From Tubulanus polymorphus (Eukaryota > Animalia > Nemertea): a stretch of 64,000 nucleotides of DNA. The position numbers and the translations under genes are program-made. The DNA lies in NCBI RefSeq assembly GCF_964204645.1, contig NW_027437467.1:15250-79249 (forward strand), read 5' to 3'. Below, one piece after another: positions 48,601-63,800 of this stretch; within the stretch, counting starts at the first letter, position 1; the number at the start of each line of letters is the position of its first letter. The notes under the pieces are model-generated. The model made no database searches. It saw nothing but the letters and a program-made list of their open reading frames with translations, and was not told the origin of the DNA.

Positions 48601-51600
48601 ATTCGAAAAGAAAACGTCTTTTCTCGCGCAGAGCGACGTTTTCGCGTCGAAAAGTGCTTTTCCTGACGATTTGAGCGCTTTTACGCATCGGCATTGTCGT
48701 TTTTCCGATAGGGGGAATATTCGAAAAGAAAACGTCTTTTCTCGCGCAGGGCGACGTTTTCGCGTCGAAAAGTGCTTTTCCTGACGATTTGAGCGCTTTT
48801 ACGCATCGACATTGTCGTTTTACCGATAGGGGGAATATTCGACACGAAAACGTCTTTTCTCGCTCTCAACGACGTTTTCGCGTCGAAAAGTGCTTTTCCT
48901 GACGATTTGAGCGCTTTTACGCATCGGCATTGTCGTTTTTCCGATAGGGGGAATATTCGATACGAAAAACGTCTTTTCTCGCGCTGAACGACGTTTTCGC
49001 GTCGAAAAGTGCTTTTCCTGACGATTTGAGCGCTTTTACGCATCGACTTTGTCGTTTTCCGATAGGGGGAATATTCGAAAAGAAAACGTCTTTTCTCGCG
49101 CTGAGCGACGTTTTCGCGTCGAAAGTGCTTTCCTGACGATTTGAGCGCTTTTACGCATCGACATTGTCGTTTTACCGATAGGGAGAATATTCGACACGAA
49201 AACGTCTTTTCTCGCGCTAAACGACGTTTTCGCGTCGAAAAGTGCTTTTCCTGACGATTTGAGCGCTTTTACGCATCGACATTGTCGTTTTACCGATAGG
49301 GAGAATATTCGACACGAAAACGTCTTTTCTCGCGCTGAGCGACGTTTCCGCGTCGAAAAGTGCTTTTCCTGACGATTTGAGCGCTTTTACGCATCGGCAT
49401 TGTCGTTTTTCCGATAGGGGAATATTCGAAAAGAAAACGTCTTTTCTCGCGCAGAGCGACGTTTTCGCGTCGAAAGTGCTTTTCCTGACGATTTGAGCGC
49501 TTTTACGCATCGGCATTGTCGTTTTTCCGATAGGGGAATATTCGATACGAAAACGTCTTTTCTCGCGCCGAACGACGTTTTCGCGTCGAAAAGTGCTTTT
49601 CCTGACGATTTGAGCGCTTTTACGCATCGGCATTGTCGTTTTTCCGATAGGGGGAATATTCGATACGGAAAACGTCTTTTCTCGCGCTGAACGACGTTTT
49701 CGCGTCGAAAGTGCTTTTCCTGACGATTTGAGCGCTTTTACGCATCGACATTGTCGTTTTTCCGATAGGGGGAATATTCGAAAAGAAAACGTCTTTTTCT
49801 CGCGCTGAGCGACGTTTTCGCGTCGAAAAGTGCTTTTCTGACGATTTGAGCGCTTTTACGCATCGACATTGTCGTTTTTCCGATAGGGGGAATATTCGAC
49901 ACGAAAACGTCTTTTCTCGCGCTGAGCGACGTTTTCGCGTCGAAAAGTGCTTTTCCTGACGATTTGAGCGCTTTTACGCATCGACATTGTCGTTTTACCG
50001 ATAGGGAGAATATTCGACACGAAACGTCTTTTCTCGCGCTTAGCGACGTTTTCGCCGTCGAAAAGTGCTTTTCCTGACGATTTGAGCGCTTTTACGCATC
50101 GGCATTGTCGTTTTTCCGATAGGGGGAATATTCGAAAAGAAAACGTCTTTTCTCGCGCAGAGCGACGTTTTCCGCGTCGAAAAGTGCTTTTCCTGACGAT
50201 TTGAGCGCTTTTACGCATCGGCATTGTCGTTTTTCCGATAGGGGGAATATTCGATACGAAAACGTCTTTTCTCGCGCCGAACGACGTTTTCGCGTCGAAA
50301 AGTGCTTTTGCTGACGATTTGAGCGCTTTTACGCATCGACATTGTCGTTTTACCGATAGGGAGAATATTCGACACGAAAACGTCTTTTCTCGCGCTGAGC
50401 GACGTTTTCGCGTCAAAAAGTGCTTTTCCTGACGATTTGAGCGCTTTTACGCATCGGCATTGTCGTTTTTCCGATAGGGGAATATCCGAAAAGAAAACGT
50501 CTTTTCTCGCGCTGAACTACGTTTTCGCGTCGAAAAGTGCTTTTCCTGACGATTTTGAGCGCTTTTACGCATCGACATTGTCGTTTTACCGATAGTGAGA
50601 ATATTCGATACGAAAACGTCTTTTCTCGCGCTGAACGACGTTTTCGCGTCGAAAAGTGCTTTCCTGACGATTTGAGCGCTTTTACGCATCGACATTGTCG
50701 TTTTTCCGATAGGGGGAATATTCGACACGAAAACGTCTTTTCTCGCGCTGAGCGACGTTTTCGCGTCGAAAAGTGCTTTTCCTGACGATTTGAGCGCTTT
50801 TACGCATCGACATTGTCGTTTTACCGATAGGGAGAATATTCGACACGAAAACGTCTTTTCTCCGCGCCGAACGACGTTTTCGCGTCGAAAAGTGCTTTTC
50901 TGACGATTTGAGCGCTTTTACGCATCGGCATTGTCGTTTTTCCGATAGGGGAAATATTCGATACGAAAACGTCTTTTCTCGCGCCGAACGACGTTTCGCG
51001 TCGAAAAGTGCTTTTCCTGACGATTTGAGCGCTTTTACGCATCGGCATTGTCGTTTTTCCGATAGGGGAAATATTCGATACGAAAACGTCTTTTCTCGCG
51101 CCGAACGACGTTTTCGCGTCGAAAAGTGCTTTTCCTGACGATTTGAGCGCTTTTACGCATCGGCATTGTCGTTTTTCCGATAGGGGGAAATATTCGATAC
51201 GAAAACGTCTTTTCTCGCGCCGAACGACGTTTCCGCGTCGAAAAGTGCTTTTCCTGACGATTTGAGCGCTTTACGCATCGACATTGTCGTTTTTCCGATA
51301 GGGGGAATATTCGATACGAAAACGTCTTTTCTCGCGCTGAACGACGTTTTCGCGTCGAAAGTGCTTTTCCTGACGATTTGAGCGCTTTTACGCATCGACA
51401 TTGTCGTTTTTCGATAGGGGGAATATTTGATAAGAAACGTCTTTTCTCACGCTGAACTACGTTTTCGCGTCGAAAAGTGCTTTTCCTGACGATTTGAGCG
51501 CTTTTACGCATCGACATTGTCGTTTTACCGATAGGGAGAATATTCGACACGAAACCGTCTTTTCTCGCGCTGAGCGACGTTTTCGCGTCGAAAAGTGCTT

Positions 51601-53399
51601 TTCCTGACGATTTGAGCGCTTTTACGCATCGGCATTGTCGTTTTTTCCGATAGGGGGAATATTCGATACGAAAACGTCTTTTCTCGCGCCGAACGACGTT
51701 TTCGCGTCGAAAAGTGCTTTTCTGACGATTTGAGCGCTTTTACGCATCGACATTGTCGTTTTACCGATAGGGAGAATATTCGACACGAAAACGTCTTTTC
51801 TCGCGCTGAGCGACGTTTTCGCGTCAAAAAGTGCTTTTCCTGACGATTTGAGCGCTTTTACGCATCGGCATTGTCGTTTTTCCGATAGGGGGAACATTCG
51901 AAAAAGAAAACGTCTTTTCTCGCGCTGAGCGACGTTTTCGGTCGAAAGTGCTTTTCCTGACGATTTGAGCGCTTTTACGCATCGGCATTGTCGTTTTACC
52001 GATAGGGGGAATATTCGAAAAGAAAACATCTTTTCTCGCGCCGAGCGACGTTTTCGCGTCGAAAAGTGCTTTTCCTGACGATTTGAGCGCTTTTACGCAT
52101 CGACATTGTCGTTTTACCGATAGGGAGAATATTCGACACGAAAACGTCTTTTCTCGCGCTGAACGACGTTTTCGCGTCGAAAAGTGCTTTTCCTGACGAT
52201 TTGAGCGCTTTTACGCATCGACATTGTCGTTTTACCGATAGTGAGAATATTCGATACGAAAACGACTTTTCTCGCGCTGAACGACGTTTTCGGGTCGAAA
52301 AGTGCTTTTCCTGACGATTTGAGCGCTTTTACGCATCGGCATTGTCGTTTTTCCGATAGGGAGAATATTCGAAAAGAAAACGTCTTTTCTCGCGCAGAGC
52401 GACGTTTTCGCGTCGAAAAGTGCTTTTCCTGACGATTTGAGCGCTTTTACGCATCGGCATTGTCGTTTTACCGATAGGGAGAATATTCGACACGAAAACG
52501 TCTTTTCTCGCGCTGAACGACGTTTTCGCGTCGAAAAGTGCTTTTCCTGACGATTTGAGCGCTTTTACGCATCGCATTGTCGTTTTTCCGATAGGGGGAA
52601 TATTCGAAAAGAAACGTCTTTTCTCGCGCTGAGCGACGTTTTCGCGTCGAAAAGTGCTTTTCCTTATGATTTGAGCGCTTTTATGCATCGACATTGTTGT
52701 TTTTTTCCGATAGGGGGAATATTCGATACGAAAAGGTCTTTTCTCGCGCTGAACGACGTTTTCGCGTCGAAAGTGCTTTTCCTGACGATTTGAGCGCTTT
52801 TACGCATCGACATTGTCGTTTTTCCGATAGGGGGAATATTCGAAAAGAAAACGTCTTTTCTCGCGCTGAGCGACGTTTTCGCGTCGAAAAAGTGCTTTTC
52901 CTGACGATTTGAGCGCTTTACGCATCGACATTGTCGTTTTTCCGATAGGGGGAATATTCGATAAGAAAACGTCTTTTCTCGCGCTGAACTACGTTTCGCG
53001 TCGAAAAGTGCTTTTCCTGACGATTTGAGCGCTTTTACGCATCGACATTGTCGTTTTTCCGATAGGGGAAATATTCGATACGAAAACGTCTTTTCTCGCG
53101 CTGAGCGACGTTTTCGCGTCGAAAAGTGCTTTTCCTGACGATTTGAGCGCTTTTACGCATCGGCATTGTCGTTTTTACGATAGGGCGAATATTCGATACG
53201 AAAACGTCTTTTCTCGCGCTGAGCGACGTTTTCGCGTCGAAAAGTGCTTTTCCTGACGATTTGAGCGCTTTTACGCATCGGCATTGTCGTTTTTACGATA
53301 GGGCGAATATTCGATACGAAAACGTCTTTCTCGCGCTGAGCGACGTTTTCGCGTCGAAAAGTGCTTCTTCCTGACGATTTGAGCGCTTTTACGCATCGA

Positions 53400-54820
53400 C
53401 ATTGTCGTTTTACCGATAGGGAGAATATTTGATAAGAAAACGTCTTTTCTCGCGCTGAACTACGTTTTCGCGTCGAAAAGTGCTTTTCCTGACGATTTGA
53501 GCGCTTTTACGCATCGACATTGTCGTTTTACCGATAGGGAGAATATTCGACACGAAAACGTCTTTCTCGCGCTGAACGACGTTTTCGCGTCCAATAGTGC
53601 TTTTCCTGACGATTTGAGCGCTTTTACAGCATCGACATTGTCGTTTTACCGATAGTGAGAATATTCGATACGAAAACGACTTTTCTCGCACTGAACGACG
53701 TTTTCGGGTCGAAAAGTGCTTTTCCTGACGATTTGAGCGCTTTTACGCATCGGCATTGTCGTTTTTCCGATAGGGGGAATATTCGAAAAGAAAAACGTCT
53801 TTTCTCGCGCTGAGCGACGTTTTCGCGTCGAAAAGTGCTTTTCCTGACGATTTGAGCGCTTTTACGCATCGGCATTGTCGTTTTTCCGATAGGGGGAATA
53901 TTCGAAAAGAAAACGTCTTTTCTCGCGCTGAGCGACGTTTTCGCGTCGAAAAGTGCTTTTCCTGACGATTTGAGCGCTTTTACGCATCGGCATTGTCGTT
54001 TTTCCGATAGGGGGAATATTCGAAAAGAAAACGTCTTTTCTCGCGCTGAGCGACGTTTTCGCGTCGAAAAGTGCTTTTCCTGACGATTTGAGCGCTTTTA
54101 CGCATCGACATTGTCGTTTTTCCGATAGGGAGAATATTTGATAAGAAACGTCTTTTCTCGCGCTGAACTACGTTTTCGCGTCGAAAAGTGCTTTTCCTGA
54201 CGATTTGAGCGCTTTTACGCATCGACATTGTCGTTTTACCGATAGGGAGAATATTCGACACGAAAACGTCTTTTCTCGCGCTGAACGACGTTTTCGCGTC
54301 CAATAGTGCTTTTACTGACGATTTGAGCGCTTTTACGCATCGACATTGTCGTTTTACCGATAGTGAGAATATTCGATACGAAAACGACTTTTCTCGCACT
54401 GAACGACGTTTTCGGGTCGAAAAGTGCTTTTCCTGACGATTTGAGCGCTTTTACGCATCGGCATTGTCGTTTTTCCGATAGGGGGAATATTCGAAAAGAA
54501 AACGTCTTTTCTCGCGCTGAGCGACGTTTTCGCGTCGAAAAGTGCTTTTCCTGACGATTTGAGCGCTTTTACGCATCGGCATTGTCGTTTTTCCGATAGG
54601 GGAATATTCGAAAAGAAAACGTCTTTTCTCGCGCTGAGCGACGTTTTCGCGTCGAAAAGTGCTTTTCCTGACGATTTGAGCGCTTTTACGCATCGGCATT
54701 GTCGTTTTTCCGATAGGGGGAATATTCGAAAAGAAAACGTCTTTTCTCGCGCTGAGCGACGTTTTCGCGTCGAAAAGTGCTTTTCCTGACGATTTGAGCG
54801 CTTTTACGCATCGACATTGT
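53400..54820 (+). repeat. Higher-order repeat: two copies of a 6-monomer unit (~709 bp)
   Basis: GTCCAATAG followed by CTCGCACTG at ~53589/53685 and ~54298/54393. Confidence 0.7.
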
Positions 54821-57800
54821 CGTTTTACCGATAGTGAGAATATTCGATACGAAAACGACTTTTCTCGCGCTGAACGACGTTTTCGGGTCGAAAAGTGCTT
54901 TTCCTGACGATTTGAGCGCTTTTACGCATCGACATTGTCGTTTTTCCGATAGGGAGAATATTCGACACGAAAACGTCTTTTCTCGCTCTGAACGACGTTT
55001 TCCGCGTCGAAAAGTGCTTTTCCTGACGATTTAAGCGCTTTTACGCATCGGCATTGTCGTTTTTCCGATAGGGAGAATATTCGACACGAAAACGTCTTTT
55101 CTCGCGCTGAACGACGTTTTCGCGTCGAAAAGTGCTTTTCCTGACGATTTGAGCGCTTTTACGCATCGACATTGTCGTTTTACCGATAGAGGGAATATTC
55201 GATACGAAAACGACTTTTCTCGCGCTGAACGACGTTTTCGGGTCGAAAAGTGCTTTTCCTGACGATTTGAGCGCTTTTACGCATCGACATTGTCGTTTTT
55301 CCGATAGGGGAAATATTCGATACGAAAACGTCTTTTCTCGCGCTGAGCGACGTTTTCGCGTCGAAAAGTGCTTTTCCTGACGATTTGAGCGCTTTTACGC
55401 ATCGGCATTGTCGTTTTTACGATAGGGCGAATATTCGATACGAAAACGTCTTTTCTCGCGCTGAGCGACGTTTTCGCGTCGAAAAGTGCTTTTCCTGACG
55501 ATTTGAGCGCTTTTACGCATCGGCATTGTCGTTTTTACGATAGGGCGAATATCGATACGAAAACGTCTTTTCTCGCGCTGAGCGACGTTTTCGCGTCGAA
55601 AAGTGCTTTTCCTGACGATTTGAGCGCTTTTACGCATCGACATTGTCGTTTTTCCGATAGGGAGAATATTTGATAAGAAAACGTCTTTTCTCGCGCTGAA
55701 CTACGTTTTCGCGTCGAAAAGTGCTTTTCCTGACGATTTGAGCGCTTTTACGCATCGACATTGTCGTTTTACCGATAGGGAGAATATTCGACACGAAAAC
55801 GTCTTTTCTCGCGCTGAACGACGTTTTCGCGTCCAATAGTGCTTTCCTGACGATTTGAGCGCTTTTACGCATCGACATTGTCGTTTTACCGATAGTGAGA
55901 ATATTCGATACGAAAACGACTTTTCTCGCACTGAACGACGTTTTCGGGTCGAAAAGTGCTTTTCCTGACGATTTGAGCGCTTTTACGCATCGGCATTGTC
56001 GTTTTCCGATAGGGGAATATTCGAAAAGAAAACGTCTTTTCTCGCGCTGAGCGACGTTTCGCGTCGAAAAGTGCTTTTCCTGACGATTTGAGCGCTTTTA
56101 CGCATCGGCATTGTCGTTTTTCCGATAGGGGGAATATTCGAAAAGAAAACGTCTTTTCTCGCGCTGAGCGACGTTTTCGCGTCGAAAAGTGCTTTCCTGA
56201 CGATTTGAGCGCTTTTACGCATCGGCATTGTCGTTTTTCCGATAGGGGGAATATTCGAAAAGAAACGTCTTTTCTCGCGCTGAGCGACGTTTTCGCGTCG
56301 AAAAGTGCTTTTCCTGACGATTTGAGCGCTTTTACGCATCGGCATTGTCGTTTTTCCGATAGGGGGAATATTCGATACGAAAACGTCTTTTCTCGCGCCG
56401 AACGACGTTTTCGCGTCGAAAAGTGCTTTTCCTGACGATTTGAGCGCTTTTACGCATCGACATTGTCGTTTTACCGATAGTGAGAATATTCGATACGAAA
56501 ACGTCTTTCTCGCGCTGAACGACGTTTTCGCGTCGAAAAGTGCTTTTCCTGACGATTTGAGCGCTTTTACGCATCGGCATTGTCGTTTTTCCGATAGGGG
56601 GAATATTCGAAAAGAAAACGTCTTTTCTCGCGCTGAGCGACGTTTTCGCGTCGAAAAGTGCTTTTCCTGACGATTTGAGCGCTTTTACGCATCGGCATTG
56701 TCGTTTTTCCGATAGGGGGAATATTCGAAAAGAAAACGTCTTTTCTCGCGCTGAGCGACGTTTTCGCGTCGAAAAGTGCTTTTCCTGACGATTTGAGCGC
56801 TTTTACGCATCGGCATTGTCGTTTTTCCGATAGGGGGAATATTCGAAAAGAAAACGTCTTTTCTCGCGCTGAACTACGTTTTCGCGTCGAAAAGTGCTTT
56901 TCCTGACGATTTGAGCGCTTTTACGCTTCGACATTGTCGTTTTACCGATAGTGAGAATATTCGATACGAAAACGTCTTTTCTCGCGCTGAACGACGTTTT
57001 CGCGTCGAAAAGTGCTTTTCCTGACGATTTGAGCGCTTTTACGCATCGGCATTGTCGTTTTTCCGATAGGGGGAATATTCGAAAAGAAAACGTCTTTTCT
57101 CGCGCTGAGCGACGTTTTCGCGTCGAAAAGTGCTTTTCCTGACGATTTGAGCGCTTTTACGCATCGGCATTGTCGTTTTTCCGATAGGGGGAATATTCGA
57201 TACGAAAACGTCTTTTCTCGCGCCGAACGACGTTTTCGCGTCGAAAAGTGCTTTTCCTGACGATTTGAGCGCTTTTACGCATCGACATTGTCGTTTTACC
57301 GATAGTGAGAATATTCGATACGAAAACGTCTTTTCTCGCGCTGAACGACGTTTTCGCGTCGAAAAGTGCTTTTCCTGACGATTTGAGCGCTTTTACGCAT
57401 CGGCATTGTCGTTTTTCCGATAGGGGGAATATTCGATACGAAAACGTCTTTTCTCGCGCTGAACGACGTTTTCGCGTCGAAAAGTGCTTTTCCTGACGAT
57501 TTGAGCGCTTTTACGCATCGACATTGTCGTTTTTCCGATAGGGGGAATATTCGAAAAGAAAACGTCTTTTCTCGCGCTGAGCGACGTTTTCGCGTCGAAA
57601 AGTGCTTTTCCTGACGATTTGAGCGCTTTTACGCATCGACATTGTCGTTTTTCCGATAGGGGGAATATTCGACACGAAAACGTTTTTTCTCGCGCTGAGC
57701 GACGTTTTCGCGTCGAAAAGTGCTTTTCCTGACGATTTGAGCGCTTTTACGCATCGGCATTGTCGTTTTTCCGATAAGGGGAATATTCGATACGAAAACG

Positions 57801-60800
57801 TCTTTTCTCGCGCCGAACGACGTTTTCGCGTCGAAAAGTGCTTTTCCTGACGATTTGAGCGCTTTTACGCATCGACATTGTCGTTTTACCGATAGGAATA
57901 TTCGATACGAAAACGTCTTTTCTCGCGCTGAACGACGTTTTCGCGTCGAAAAGTGCTTTTCCTGACGATTTGAGCGCTTTTACGCATCGGCATTGTCGTT
58001 TTTCCGATAGGGGGAATATTCGAAAAGAAAACGTCTTTTCTCGCGCTGAGCGACGTTTTCGCGTCGAAAAGTGCTTTTCCTGACGATTTGAGCGCTTTTA
58101 CGCATCGGCATTGTCGTTTTTCCGATAGGGGGAATATTCGAAAAGAAAACATCTTTTCTCGCGCTGAGCGACGTTTTCGCGTCGAAAAGTGCTTTTCCTG
58201 ACGATTTGAGCGCTTTTACGCATCGACATTGTCGTTTTTCCGATAGGGGGAATATTCGACACGAAAACGTCTTTTCTCGCGCTGAGCGACGTTTTCGCGT
58301 CGAAAAGTGCTTTTCCTGACGATTTGAGCGCTTTTACGCATCGGCATTGTCGTTTTTCCGATAAGGGGAATATTCGATACGAAAACGTCTTTTCTCGCGC
58401 CGAACGACGTTTTCGCGTCGAAAAGTGCTTTTCCTGACGATTTGAGCGCTTTTACGCATCGGCATTGTCGTTTTTCCGATAAGGGGAATATTCGATACGA
58501 AAACGTCTTTTCTCGCGCCGAACGACGTTTTCGCGTCGAAAAGTGCTTTTCCTGACGATTTGAGCGCTTTTACGCATCGGCATTGTCGTTTTTCCGATAG
58601 GGAGAATATTCGATACGAAAACGTCTTTTCTCGCGCTGAACGACGTTTTCGCGTCGAAAAGTGCTTTTCCTGACGATTTGAGCGCTTTTACGCATCGACA
58701 TTGTCGTTTTTCCGATAGGGGGAATATTCGAAAAGAAAACGTCTTTTCTCGCGCTGAGCGACGTTTTCGCGTCGAAAAGTGCTTTTCCTGACGATTTGAG
58801 CGCTTTTACGCATCGACATTGTCGTTTTACCGATAGGGAGAATATTCGACACGAAAACGTCTTTTCTCGCGCCGAACGACGTTTTCGCGTCGAAAAGTGC
58901 TTTTCCTGACGATTTGAGCGCTTTAACGCATCGGCATTGTCGTTTTTCCGATAGGGAGAATATTCGACACGAAAACGTCTTTTCTCGCGCTGAACGACGT
59001 TTTCGCGTCGAAAAGTGCTTTTCCTGACGATTTGAGCGCTTTTACGCATCGGCATGGTCGTTTTTCCGATAGGGGGAATATTCGATACGAAAACGTCTTT
59101 TCTCGCGCCGAACGACGTTTTCGCGTCGAAAAGTGCTTTTCCTGACGATTTGAGCGCTTTTACGCATCGACATTGTCGTTTTACCGATAGGGAGAATATT
59201 CGACACGAAAACGTCTTTTCTCGCGCTGAGCGACGTTTTCGCGTCAAAAAGTGCTTTTCCTGACGATTTGAGCGCTTTTACGCATCGGCATTGTCGTTTT
59301 TCCGATAGGGGGAATATCCGAAAAGAAAACGTCTTTTCTCGCGCTGAGCGACGTTTTCGCGTCGAAAAGTGCTTTTCCTGACGATTTGAGCGCTTTTACG
59401 CATCGACATTGTCGTTTTACCGATAGTGAGAATATTCGATACGAAAACGTCTTTTCTCGCGCCGAACGACGTTTTCGCGTCGAAAAGTGCTTTTCCTGAC
59501 GATTTGAGCGCTTTTACGCATCGACATTGTCGTTTTACCGATAGTGAGAATATTCGATACGAAAACGTCTTTTCTCGCGCTGAACGACGTTTTCGCGTCG
59601 AAAAGTGCTTTTCCTGACGATTTGAGCGCTTTTACGCATCGGCATTGTCGTTTTTCCGATAGGGGGAATATTCGACACGAAAACGTCTTTTCTCGCGCTG
59701 AGCGACGTTTTCGCGTCGAAAAGTGCTTTTCCTGACGATTTGAGCGCTTTTACGCATCGGCATTGTCGTTTTACCGATAGGGAGAATATTCGACACGAAA
59801 ACGTCTTTTCTCGCGCTGAGCGACGTTTTCGCGTCGAAAAGTGCTTTTCCTGACGATTTGAGCGCTTTTACGCATCGGCATTGTCGTTTTTCCGATAGGG
59901 GGAATATTCGAAAAGAAAACGTCTTTTCTCGCGCAGAGCGACGTTTTCGCGTCGAAAAGTGCTTCTCCTGACGATTTGAGCGCTTTTACGCATCGGCATT
60001 GTCGTTTTTCCGATAGGGGGAATATTCGAAAAGAAAACGTCTTTTCTCGCGCTGAGCGACGTTTTCGCGTCGAAAAGTGCTTTTCCTGACGATTTGAGCG
60101 CTTTTACGCATCGGCATTGTCGTTTTTCCGATAGGGAGAATATTCAATACGAAAACGTCTTTTCTGGCGCCAAACGACGTTTTCGCGTCGAAAAGTGCTT
60201 TTCCTGACGATTTGAGCGCTTTTACGCATCGACATTGTCGTTTTACCGATAGGGAGAATATTCGACACGAAAACGTCTTTTCTCGCTCTGAACGACGTTT
60301 TCGCGTCGAAAAGTGCTTTTCCTGACGATTTGAGCGCTTTTACGCATCGGCATTGTCGTTTTTCCGATAGGGGGAATATTCGATACGAAAACGTCTTTTC
60401 TCGCGCTGAACGACGTTTTCGCGTCGAAAAGTGCTTTTCCTGACGATTTGAGCGCTTTTACGCATCGACATTGTCGTTTTTCCGATAGGGGGAATATTCG
60501 AAAAGAAAACGTCTTTTCTCGCGCTGAGCGACGTTTTCGCGTCGAAAAGTGCTTTTCCTGACGATTTGAGCGCTTTTACGCATCGGCATTGTCGTTTTTC
60601 CGATAGGGGGAATATTCGAAAAGAAAACGTCTTTTCTCGCGCAGAGCGACGTTTTCGCGTCGAAAAGTGCTTTTCCTGACGATTTGAGCACTTTTACGCA
60701 TCGGCATTGTCGTTTTTCCGATAGGGGGAATATTCGAAAAGAAAACGTCTTTTCTCGCGCAGAGCGACGTTTTCGCGTCGAAAAGTGCTTTTCCTGACGA

Positions 60801-63800
60801 TTTGAGCGCTTTTACGCATCGGCATTGTCGTTTTTTCCGATAGGGGGAATATTCGAAAAGAAAACGTCTTTTCTCGCGCAGAGCGACGTTTTCGCGTCGA
60901 AAAGTGCTTTTCCTGACGATTTGAGCGCTTTTACGCATCGACATTGTCGTTTTACCGATAGGGAGAATATTCGACACGAAAACGTCTTTTCTCGCTCTCA
61001 ACGACGTTTTCGCGTCGAAAAGTGCTTTTCCTGACGATTTGAGCGCTTTTACGCATCGGCATTGTCGTTTTTCCGATAGGGGGAATATTCGAAAAGAAAA
61101 CGTCTTTTCTCGCGCAGAGCGACGTTTTCGCGTCGAAAAGTGCTTTTCCTGACGATTTGAGCGCTTTTACGCATCGACATTGTCGTTTTACCGATAGGGA
61201 GAATATTCGACACGAAAACGTCTTTTCTCGCTCTCAACGACGTTTTCGCGTCGAAAAGTGCTTTTCCTGACGATTTGAGCGCTTTTACGCATCGGCATTG
61301 TCGTTTTTCCGATAGGGGGAATATTCGAAAAGAAAACGTCTTTTCTCGCGCAGAGCGACGTTTTCGCGTCGAAAAGTGCTTTTCCTGACGATTTGAGCGC
61401 TTTTACGCATCGACATTGTCGTTTTACCGATAGTGAGAATATTCGATACGAAAACGACTTTTCTCGCACTGAACGACGTTTTCGGGTCGAAAAGTGCTTT
61501 TCCTGACGATTTGAGCGCTTTTACGCATCGGCATTGTCGTTTTTCCGATAGGGGGAATATTCGAAAAGAAAACGTCTTTTCTCGCGCTGAGCGACGTTTT
61601 CGCGTCGAAAAGTGCTTTTCCTGACGATTTGAGCGCTTTTACGCATCGGCATTGTCGTTTTTCCGATAGGGGGAATATTCGAAAAGAAAACGTCTTTTCT
61701 CGCGCTGAGCGACGTTTTCGCGTCGAAAAGTGCTTTTCCTGACGATTTGAGCGCTTTTACGCATCGGCATTGTCGTTTTTTCCGATAGGGGGAATATTCG
61801 AAAAGAAAACGTCTTTTCTCGCGCTGAGCGACGTTTTCGCGTCGAAAAGTGCTTTTCCTGACGATTTGAGCGCTTTTACGCATCGGCATTGTCGTTTTTC
61901 CGATAGGGGGAATATTCGATACGAAAACGTCTTTTCTCGCGCCGAACGACGTTTTCGCGTCGAAAAGTGCTTTTCCTGACGATTTGAGCGCTTTTACGCA
62001 TCGACATTGTCGTTTTACCGATAGTGAGAATATTCGATACGAAAACGTCTTTTCTCGCGCTGAACGACGTTTTCGCGTCGAAAAGTGCTTTTCCTGACGA
62101 TTTGAGCGCTTTTACGCATCGGCATTGTCGTTTTTCCGATAGGGGGAATATTCGAAAAGAAAACGTCTTTTCTCGCGCTGAGCGACGTTTTCGCGTCGAA
62201 AAGTGCTTTTCCTGACGATTTGAGCGCTTTTACGCATCGGCATTGTCGTTTTTCCGATAGGGGGAATATTCGAAAAGAAAACGTCTTTTCTCGCGCTGAG
62301 CGACGTTTTCGCGTCGAAAAGTGCTTTTCCTGACGATTTGAGCGCTTTTACGCATCGGCATTGTCGTTTTTCCGATAGGGGGAATATTCGAAAAGAAAAC
62401 GTCTTTTCTCGCGCTGAACTACGTTTTCGCGTCGAAAAGTGCTTTTCCTGACGATTTGAGCGCTTTTACGCTTCGACATTGTCGTTTTACCGATAGTGAG
62501 AATATTCGATACGAAAACGTCTTTTCTCGCGCTGAACGACGTTTTCGCGTCGAAAAGTGCTTTTCCTGACGATTTGAGCGCTTTTACGCATCGACATTGT
62601 CGTTTTTCCGATAGGGGGAATATTTGATAAGAAAACGTCTTTTCTCGCGCTGAACGACGTTTTCGCGTCGAAAAGTGCTTTTCCTGACGATTTGAGCGCT
62701 TTTACGCATCGGCATTGTCGTTTTTCCGATAGGGGGAATATTCGATACGAAAACGTCTTTTCTCGCGCTGAACGACGTTTTCCGCGTCGAAAAGTGCTTT
62801 TCCTGACGATTTGAGCGCTTTTACGCATCGACATTGTCGTTTTTCCGATAGGGGGAATATTCGAAAAGAAAACGTCTTTTCTCGCGCTGAGCGACGTTTT
62901 CCGCGTCGAAAAGTGCTTTTCCTGACGATTTGAGCGCTTTTACGCATCGACATTGTCGTTTTTCCGATAGGGGGAATATTCGACACGAAAACGTCTTTTC
63001 TCGCGCTGAGCGACGTTTTCGCGTCGAAAAGTGCTTTTCCTGACGATTTGAGCGCTTTTACGCATCGGCATTGTCGTTTTTCCGATAAGGGGAATATTCG
63101 ATACGAAAACGTCTTTTCTCGCGCCGAACGACGTTTTCGCGTCGAAAAGTGCTTTTCCTGACGATTTGAGCGCTTTTACGCATCGACATTGTCGTTTTAC
63201 CGATAGGGAGAATATTCGACACGAAAACGTCTTTTCTCGCGCTGAACGACGTTTTCGCGTCGAAAAGTGCTTTTCCTGACGATTTGAGCGCTTTTACGCA
63301 TCGGCATTGTCGTTTTTCCGATAGGGGGAATATTCGAAAAGAAAACGTCTTTTCTCGCGCAGAGCGACGTTTTCGCGTCGAAAAGTGCTTTTCCTGACGA
63401 TTTGAGCGCTTTTACGCATCGGCATTGTCGTTTTTCCGATAGGGGGAATATTCGAAAAGAAAACGTCTTTTCTCGCGCAGAGCGACGTTTTCGCGTCGAA
63501 AAGTGCTTTTCCTGACGATTTGAGCGCTTTTACGCATCGACATTGTCGTTTTTCCGATAGGGGGAATATTCGAAAAGAAAACGTCTTTTCTCGCGCTGAG
63601 CGACGTTTTCGCGTCGAAAAGTGCTTTTCCTGACGATTTGAGCGCTTTTACGCATCGACATTGTCGTTTTACCGATAGGGAGAATATTCGACACGAAAAC
63701 GTCTTTTCTCGCGCTGAGCGACGTTTTCGCGTCGAAAAGTGCTTTTCCTGACGATTTGAGCGCTTTTACGCATCGACATTGTCGTTTTTCCGATAGGGGG

